Origin: Bacteroidota bacterium
Lineage (GTDB): Bacteria; Bacteroidota; Ignavibacteria; UBA10030
Direction of reading: 5' to 3'
Length of the DNA: 64,000 bases
Assembly: GCA_025454835.1 (NCBI GenBank)
Contig: JALONQ010000011.1
Coordinates: forward strand, 420 to 64,419
Shown here: positions 58,038-64,000 of the stretch, in pieces
Layout of the letters: the number at the start of each line of letters is the position of its first letter
Numbering within the stretch: position 1 is the first letter of the stretch
Made by a program: the position numbers and the translations under genes
The notes under the pieces: generated by a model
Database searches by the model: none
What the model was told of the DNA's origin: nothing
What the model saw: only the letters and a program-made list of their open reading frames with translations

Positions 58038-60065
58038 ATGGCAGACGTCCCCACCACCGGCGGCGGCGCTCGGTACAAGCCGTACGTGCCGGCCTCCGAG
58101 ACGTGGCCGGAGTTCACCCTCAAGGCGGTCCTCCTCGGACTCGTATTGTCCGTCGTCCTCGGAGCAGCGAACGCCTATTTGGGTCTGAAGGCCGGCATGA
58201 CGATCGCGGCGACGTATCCTGCGGCGGTCATCAGCATGGCGTTCCTGCGCCTGATGCGCGGGAATATCCTCGAAGAGAACATGGCCCGAACCGTCGGTTC
58301 GATCGGCGAATCGGTCGCGGCGGGCGCGATCTTTACCATCCCGGCGTTCGTCATTTCGGGCGTGTGGGAAGACCTCGAGTCGAACTACTTCGAAGCCACG
58401 GCGATCATGCTCGTGGGCGGTGTGCTCGGCGTCTTGTTTGTCACGCTCCTGCGCCGTGTGATGGTCGAAGATGTCGACCTGCCGTATCCGGAGTCGGTTG
58501 CGGCCAGCGAGATCCACAAGGCCGGCCGCTCGGGCGGTACGGGGGCGGTCTACCTCTTCCTCGCCGGGCTGCTCGGCGCCACCATCCAGGCCATGAAGCA
58601 GTTGAGCGTGTTCGCGGCGTCATGGGAGAAATTCATTCCGTTCGCCAAAGGAGGCGTAGCGCTCGGTAAGACCGGTGGAACGCTTCCGGCCAGCGGGGGC
58701 TTCGTGGTGTCGACACCGGGCGTCAGCCCTGCCTACATGGGCGTCGGATACATCATCGGACCGCGGCTGGCGTCGCTCAATTTCGCCGGCGGTCTGTTGG
58801 CGTGGGGGCTTTTCGTTCCTCTCCTCATGTATCTCCTCGGTCCCGAACTGGAGGCTGGACAAGCGACGAGCGACCACTGGTGGCTGGGGCAGGCCACGAC
58901 GGTGTGGCGCTACATCGTGCGCCCGATCGCCATCGGCGGCATGCTCATGAGCGCCGCGTTCACGCTGTGGCGGATGCGGAAGAACCTCATCGGCGGACTG
59001 AAGCGTTCGATCAACGACGTCAAGAAAGCTGCGACGGGCAATGTGACGATCGACCGCGTCGAACATGACATCAACCTGAAGTGGGTCGGGTTGGGCATCG
59101 CGGGCGCGAGCGTTGCGACCTTCTTCCTCTACAACTACTTTTCCGGAGACGTCGTGGCGGCGCTGACGGCCACGGTCGTCATGGTCGTTGCAGGCTTCTT
59201 CTTCGCGGCCGTCTCGGGTTACCTCGTGGGACTCATCGGATCGTCCAACAACCCGATCAGCGGTCTGACACTCTCCACCGTCATCATCGCCGCGCTTCTC
59301 ATGGTGGCGTTGGGACAGACGGGCACGTCGGGGATCGCAGCGGTGCTCGGCGTGGCCGGCGTCATTTGCGTCTCGGCCGCCGTCGCCGGGGAGATGCTGC
59401 AAGACCTGAAGGTCGGTCATATTCTGGGCGGCACGCCCTGGAAGATGCAGGCCGGTGATCTGATCGGCGTGGCGGTCTCGGCGAGCGTCATGCTCTATCC
59501 TATCATGATCCTTCACCAAGGCGATCTGAACGCCGGAGGAGAGGGTCTGGGCGGCAGGACCTTGGCGGCCCCGCAGGCAAGCCTGATGGCATTCGTGTCG
59601 GAGGGCATCGTCGGGGGCGGCATGGCGTGGCCGTTGATCATCGTCGGTGTGCTCATGGCCATCGGCTTCATCCTCGTCCAGGTCAAGAGCCCGATGCTCG
59701 TTTGTGTCGGCATGTATCTGCCGCTGGAGACGACGTTCGCCATCTTCCTCGGCGGTCTCATCAAGGGCATCGTCGACAAGATGGCCGCCAGCCGCAACAT
59801 GAACGACGCGCAGAAGACGCGCATCGAGAACAACGGCACGCTGCTGGCCGCCGGACTCATTGCGGGCGAGGCGCTCGTCGGTCTGCTGTTCGCGGGCATC
59901 GCGTTCTACAGCGTGGACCTGCTGGGCGCGATGAAGATCTTCGCCGAGCCCTCGTTCGTGCCGAGCATCTTCGTGTTCCTGATCGTCGGGCTCGTGCTCG
60001 TCATGATCCCGCTGCGGAATGCCGGCAAGGCCGACGAACCGGCGCATCCGAGCGCGATCAGCTGA
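58038..60065 (+). CDS. OPT family oligopeptide transporter
   Basis: EFTLKA, ANAYLGLKAG, ILEENM, LPYPES, GSSNNPISG, QDLKVG, APQA, GMYLP, GLIAGE; AAGGAG RBS. Confidence 0.94.
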   Translation: MADVPTTGGGARYKPYVPASETWPEFTLKAVLLGLVLSVVLGAANAYLGLKAGMTIAATYPAAVISMAFLRLMRGNILEENMARTVGSIGESVAAGAIFTIPAFVISGVWEDLESNYFEATAIMLVGGVLGVLFVTLLRRVMVEDVDLPYPESVAASEIHKAGRSGGTGAVYLFLAGLLGATIQAMKQLSVFAASWEKFIPFAKGGVALGKTGGTLPASGGFVVSTPGVSPAYMGVGYIIGPRLASLNFAGGLLAWGLFVPLLMYLLGPELEAGQATSDHWWLGQATTVWRYIVRPIAIGGMLMSAAFTLWRMRKNLIGGLKRSINDVKKAATGNVTIDRVEHDINLKWVGLGIAGASVATFFLYNYFSGDVVAALTATVVMVVAGFFFAAVSGYLVGLIGSSNNPISGLTLSTVIIAALLMVALGQTGTSGIAAVLGVAGVICVSAAVAGEMLQDLKVGHILGGTPWKMQAGDLIGVAVSASVMLYPIMILHQGDLNAGGEGLGGRTLAAPQASLMAFVSEGIVGGGMAWPLIIVGVLMAIGFILVQVKSPMLVCVGMYLPLETTFAIFLGGLIKGIVDKMAASRNMNDAQKTRIENNGTLLAAGLIAGEALVGLLFAGIAFYSVDLLGAMKIFAEPSFVPSIFVFLIVGLVLVMIPLRNAGKADEPAHPSAIS

Positions 60066-60149
60066 CCGGAGCGGCGCCACGATATCCTCTTGGAACGGAG
60101 CAGCGTCCACTCGGCGTTGCTCCGTTCCGCTTTTTCCAACACGGACCGT

Positions 60150-60524
60150 ATGGCTCGAACGACGTATAATCTGCTGGACCTGACCCCGGTCCGCGCGCGT
60201 GAGTGGGTCGAGGAGGATGGGCGGGTCGTCGTGCTCATGCCCAAGTTCCGTCACCGATGGATGGCCCCTTGGCTTCAGCCGCTGCTCCGCAAACCCAACG
60301 TGCGCGTGAAGCTCGACGACCTCGGGAGCGCTGTGTGGCGGCTTTGTGACGGCACGACACCGGTGGCGAGGATGGCCGAGGTCATCCAGGCCCAATTCGG
60401 AGGGAACGCCGAACCGGTGCTGGAGCGCATCGGCGCGTTTCTGCGGAAACTCGAGGACGGCGACCTGCTCACGATCCCGCCGCCCCCCACTGTCTCAACC
60501 ACTGAATCGAAGAAGGAGAACTGA
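60150..60524 (+). CDS. PqqD-family (RRE-like) small protein
   Basis: NLLDLTP...VVVLMPKF...VKLDDLGSAVWRLCDGTTPVARMAE...FLRKL...LL. Confidence 0.8.
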   Translation: MARTTYNLLDLTPVRAREWVEEDGRVVVLMPKFRHRWMAPWLQPLLRKPNVRVKLDDLGSAVWRLCDGTTPVARMAEVIQAQFGGNAEPVLERIGAFLRKLEDGDLLTIPPPPTVSTTESKKEN

Positions 60525-60526
60525 CC

Positions 60527-61984
60527 ATGGCATCTGCGATCGATGGATTGAAGCCCGAACCGGTGTGGCGGTACTTCGCGGAGATCTCGAAGATCCCGCG
60601 CCCGTCGAAGCACGAAGAGCGCATGACGGCCTACGTGCAGGAGATGGCGAAGAAGATGGGACTGACCTCCCAGTCGGACAAGTACGGAAATGTCGTCGTA
60701 CGAAAGCCGGCGAGCCCGGGCAAAGAGCAGGTGAAGATGATCTGCCTCCAGGGCCATCTCGACATGGTCCCGGAGAAGAACAAGGACAAAGCGCACGACT
60801 TCATGAAGGACCCGATCGAGCTCGTTCGCAAGGGGAACATGTTGATGGCGAACGGCACGACGCTCGGCGCCGACAACGGCATCGCGGTCGCGACGATGCT
60901 GGCGATCATGGAAGACAAGAAGCTCGTCCACGGTCCGCTCGAGTTCTTGTTCACCGTCGATGAAGAAACGGGACTCACCGGGGCGAATCACCTGAAGGGC
61001 TCGATGCTGCAGAGCCGGACGATGATGAACCTCGATTCGGAAGAGGAAGGCTCCATCTACGTCGGCTGTTCGGGCGGCAAGGATTGCGTGGGCACATGGA
61101 AGCTCGCGGCTCAGCCGTTCCCAGCCCGAACGAAGGCGATGCTGGTGACCGTCAAAGGGCTTCGAGGCGGCCATTCCGGCCTCGAGATCGACAAGAACCG
61201 GGGTAACGCCATCAAGATCATGAATCGCGTTCTGCTCGAGTTGTCGGAGGCGGGCGTGCGGGTCGCGTCGTTCAACGGCGGCAACAAGCGCAACGCGATT
61301 CCGCGCGAGGCCGAAGCGCTCGTGGCGGTGCCGGCGGCCGGCCTCTCGAAGGCGAAGAAGATGATACGCGAACTCGAACCCGTGCTGAAGGCCGAGGTGG
61401 CGACGGTCGATCCGGACCTGTCGATCACGATCGCACCGGCCGAAGCGCCGAAGAAGCTGAAGGTCTGGAAGCCCGCCCTGCAACAACAGGTGCTTCGCAC
61501 GATCGCGGCTCTGCCGCACGGCGTCATCAAGATGAGCTCCGACATCGCCGGGCTCGTCGAAACATCGACGAACGTGGCCGTGATCACGACGGACGGCAAG
61601 GCGGTCACGCTGGGCACGAGCCAGCGCAGTTCCGTCGCGTCGGAGATCCGCGAGATCAACCAGACCGCCCGGTTCATTTTCACGATGGGCGGGGCCAAGA
61701 CGTCGATGGGCGACGGCTACCCGGGTTGGAAGCCCAACCTGCAGTCGGCCATCCTTCAGACGGCCAAGGCGACCTACAAGCAGATCGCAGGGAAGGAGGC
61801 CGAGATCAAGGCCATTCACGCCGGGCTCGAGTGCGGCATTATCGGCGAAAAGGTGCCGGGTATGGACATGATCTCGTTCGGACCGACGCTCGAAGGTGTG
61901 CACTCGCCGGATGAGAAGATCCACATCGATACCGTCGAGCGCTTCTGGAACTTCCTGCTGGCGATCTTGCGTAACGTCAACTGA
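60527..61984 (+). CDS. pepD: Aminoacyl-histidine dipeptidase (M20C)
   Basis: IPRPSKHE, LQGHLDMV, TTLGADNGI, TVDEETG, NLDSEE, GGHSG, IHAGLECG, HSPDE. Confidence 0.95.
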   Translation: MASAIDGLKPEPVWRYFAEISKIPRPSKHEERMTAYVQEMAKKMGLTSQSDKYGNVVVRKPASPGKEQVKMICLQGHLDMVPEKNKDKAHDFMKDPIELVRKGNMLMANGTTLGADNGIAVATMLAIMEDKKLVHGPLEFLFTVDEETGLTGANHLKGSMLQSRTMMNLDSEEEGSIYVGCSGGKDCVGTWKLAAQPFPARTKAMLVTVKGLRGGHSGLEIDKNRGNAIKIMNRVLLELSEAGVRVASFNGGNKRNAIPREAEALVAVPAAGLSKAKKMIRELEPVLKAEVATVDPDLSITIAPAEAPKKLKVWKPALQQQVLRTIAALPHGVIKMSSDIAGLVETSTNVAVITTDGKAVTLGTSQRSSVASEIREINQTARFIFTMGGAKTSMGDGYPGWKPNLQSAILQTAKATYKQIAGKEAEIKAIHAGLECGIIGEKVPGMDMISFGPTLEGVHSPDEKIHIDTVERFWNFLLAILRNVN

Positions 61985-62049
61985 TCCACTCACACGGCAC
62001 GGCACAGGTCGGATACAGGCCTGTGCCGTTGTCGTCCCGACCCCGGCTC

Positions 62050-63396
62050 ATGAACGCTCCGAACGTCCCGATGTCCTCCGAATCGCCCCGATGGTACCGC
62101 TGGCTGGTGCTCGTCGTCATCAGTCTGGGGATGTTCGGCAACTACTACGTGTACGATTCTGTCGGCCCGGTCTTCGACCTGCTGAAGGCACAGCTCGGCT
62201 ATGCCGACCAGCAACTGGGCTTGCTCTACACGATGTACAGCATTGCGGCCATCATCGTCCTTCTCGTCGGCGGGTACATCATCGACCGCTTCGGCACGAA
62301 GAAGTCGATCCTCTGGTTCGGAGTCATCTGTTTTGTGGCGGCGGTCGTCACGGCCTTATCGCCGAGAATCGAGGTGATGCTGGCTGGCCGGTTCCTGCTC
62401 GGACTCGGGGCGGAGCCGCTGATCGTGGCGGTCACGACGGCGCTGGCGAAGTGGTTCAAAGGACGCGAGCTGAGCTTCGCTTTCGGCCTCAATCTCACCA
62501 TCGCACGCTTGGGTTCGGTCTCCGCCGACTGGTCGCCCGCTTGGGCGCGGACCAGTTTCGACACATGGCAAGGACCGCTGTGGGTGGCTGTCGCCATCGC
62601 TGTCACCTGCGTGATCTCCGGTCTCTTCAATTGGGTGCTCGAAGCCAACGCCGAGAAGCGGTATCTGCTCGGCCGTCAGGGGACGACCGACAGACTGGAG
62701 CTGAAGGGCCTGTATTCGTTCGGTCCGTCGTTCTGGTATATCGTCGGTCTCTGCGTGGTGTTCTATTCAACGATCTTTCCGTTCCGTGCCTTCGCGATCA
62801 AGTATTTCATCGAAGCCCATGGGCTCTCGCGTGAAGCCGGCGGCTTTCTGAACAGTTTCCTTCCGATGTCGGCGATGGTGGCAACGCCGCTGTTCGGACT
62901 GCTGGTCGACCGGACGGGGCGCCGCTCCACCTTCATGCTTTTCGGGTCGGCGTTGATCTTGCCGTTGTTCTTGATCGTGACGTATGCGCCCCCCGGCATG
63001 GATGTCGCCTTCTGGCTTCCATCCTTCGGCGACATCGTGCTGCCGCTGACGCTCCTGGTGGTCATGTCGTTGCTCGGCATCGCCTTTTCGCTCATTCCGG
63101 CGATCATGTGGCCAGCGGTGGCGTATATCGTCGAAGAGCGGCGCCTGGGCTCGGCCTACTCGTTGATGACCCTTTGCCAGAACGTGGGCATGGCCGCGGT
63201 CCCCTGGCTTATCGGGGTGTTGAACGACCTGCTGGCCGCGGGGCCTGACAACCCGGGTGGCTACGCGGGAGGGATGTGGCTCTTCACGGCACTCGGACTG
63301 TTCGGCGTGTTCTTTGCCACGATGCTGCGGAGAACCGAACGCGGACCAAACGCGCACGGGCTGGAGACGATCAAAGCAGGAACAAGAGAGACCTGA
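62050..63396 (+). CDS. MFS transporter (MFSD1-like)
   Basis: About 12 TMs; GGYIIDRFG motif A, GRFLLGLGAE, KWFKGRELSFAFG, IMWPAVAYIV. Confidence 0.88.
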   Translation: MNAPNVPMSSESPRWYRWLVLVVISLGMFGNYYVYDSVGPVFDLLKAQLGYADQQLGLLYTMYSIAAIIVLLVGGYIIDRFGTKKSILWFGVICFVAAVVTALSPRIEVMLAGRFLLGLGAEPLIVAVTTALAKWFKGRELSFAFGLNLTIARLGSVSADWSPAWARTSFDTWQGPLWVAVAIAVTCVISGLFNWVLEANAEKRYLLGRQGTTDRLELKGLYSFGPSFWYIVGLCVVFYSTIFPFRAFAIKYFIEAHGLSREAGGFLNSFLPMSAMVATPLFGLLVDRTGRRSTFMLFGSALILPLFLIVTYAPPGMDVAFWLPSFGDIVLPLTLLVVMSLLGIAFSLIPAIMWPAVAYIVEERRLGSAYSLMTLCQNVGMAAVPWLIGVLNDLLAAGPDNPGGYAGGMWLFTALGLFGVFFATMLRRTERGPNAHGLETIKAGTRET

Positions 63397-63525
63397 TGGA
63401 TGGTGTGAAGGAGGCGGGGAGTGCAGGAGTCCGCAAAGGAATGGAATGTGCGGTGGGACGCGAAGCGGCAACGTAGCCACGTCCACCGGTGATCATCACG
63501 GAAACGTCATCATCAAGAGCACGAC

Positions 63526-64000
63526 ATGGAAATCTCGAAAGAACTGTTGTCAGCCGCCAAAGTGGCCGTCGTCGATTGCATGGGCCTGAAGCCCGGCGAA
63601 ACCGTCCTCATCATCACGGACGAACCGCTACGGAAGATCGGCCATGCGCTGTGGCGGGCGACGAAGGAACAAGGGAACGAAGCGATCCTGACGGAGATCA
63701 TCCCGCGGAAGTCCAACGGGGAGAATCCTCCGCCAGCCGTCGCCGAGCTGATGACGAAGGTGGACCTGGTGCTTTGTCCGACCTCGAAATCGCTCACGCA
63801 CACCGACGCCCGCCGAGCTGCAAGCGCGGTTGGCGTGCGTATCGGAACCCTGCCGGGCGTCACCGAGGAGATCATGGTGCGATGCATGAACGCCGACTAC
63901 AACGCGATCGCTGACCGGACGCACGGGGTGTGTCGGCGCATGGAACAGGCGAAGATGGTTCGGGTGACCGCTCCGGGAGGCACGGATATCACCTTTCCGA
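63526..64000 (+). CDS. Aminopeptidase, M29/leucyl-aminopeptidase-like (truncated by window end; absent from the ORF track)
   Basis: Manual translation: MEISKELLSAAKVAVVDCMGLKPGETVLIITD...NGENPP...TSKSLTHTDARR...TLPG...VTAPGGTDITF. Confidence 0.85.
   Translation, partial: MEISKELLSAAKVAVVDCMGLKPGETVLIITDEPLRKIGHALWRATKEQGNEAILTEIIPRKSNGENPPPAVAELMTKVDLVLCPTSKSLTHTDARRAASAVGVRIGTLPGVTEEIMVRCMNADYNAIADRTHGVCRRMEQAKMVRVTAPGGTDITFP

Noticed and set aside
60150-60524. PQQ or RiPP biosynthetic cluster
   Set aside because: No pqqA/B/C/E, precursor peptide or modifying enzymes occur in the window.

Overview
A 64-kb, GC-rich, gene-dense stretch of core bacterial chromosome, almost all housekeeping genes. 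The organism is most consistent with a diderm of the FCB group (Ignavibacteria/Chlorobi-like). This is an inference from type-2 IleRS, Gln at +1 of many secreted proteins, sigma70-type TTGACA/TAnnnT promoters and gene order. About 60 CDSs are present, including mdh, rplU-rpmA, an ArsR/Zn-Cd ATPase pair, aroE, yggS-divIVA-PNP-ileS-dksA-lspA-rluD, guaA, radC, phoH, mazG, rne/rng, transaldolase, gcvT, ftsK-lolA, holA, spmAB and a peptide-utilisation operon, plus tRNA-Ala(CGC) and SRP RNA. No prophage, IS, integrase or CRISPR array was seen. The most interesting signals are: (1) a co-transcribed Lpp-like lipoprotein and coiled-coil/LysM protein whose coils align without gaps, with complementary core residues and a Cys at the same core position, suggesting a two-part outer membrane-peptidoglycan tether; (2) an OPT-PqqD/RRE-PepD-MFSD1-like-M29 peptide operon; (3) a dispersed family of 8-9-bp-period palindromic intergenic repeats; (4) a phytol-kinase/DUF92 fusion near a motif-degenerate UppP; (5) a GIHH-motif IleRS2; (6) a structured rne leader. 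All calls come from motif recognition by eye; no searches were run.
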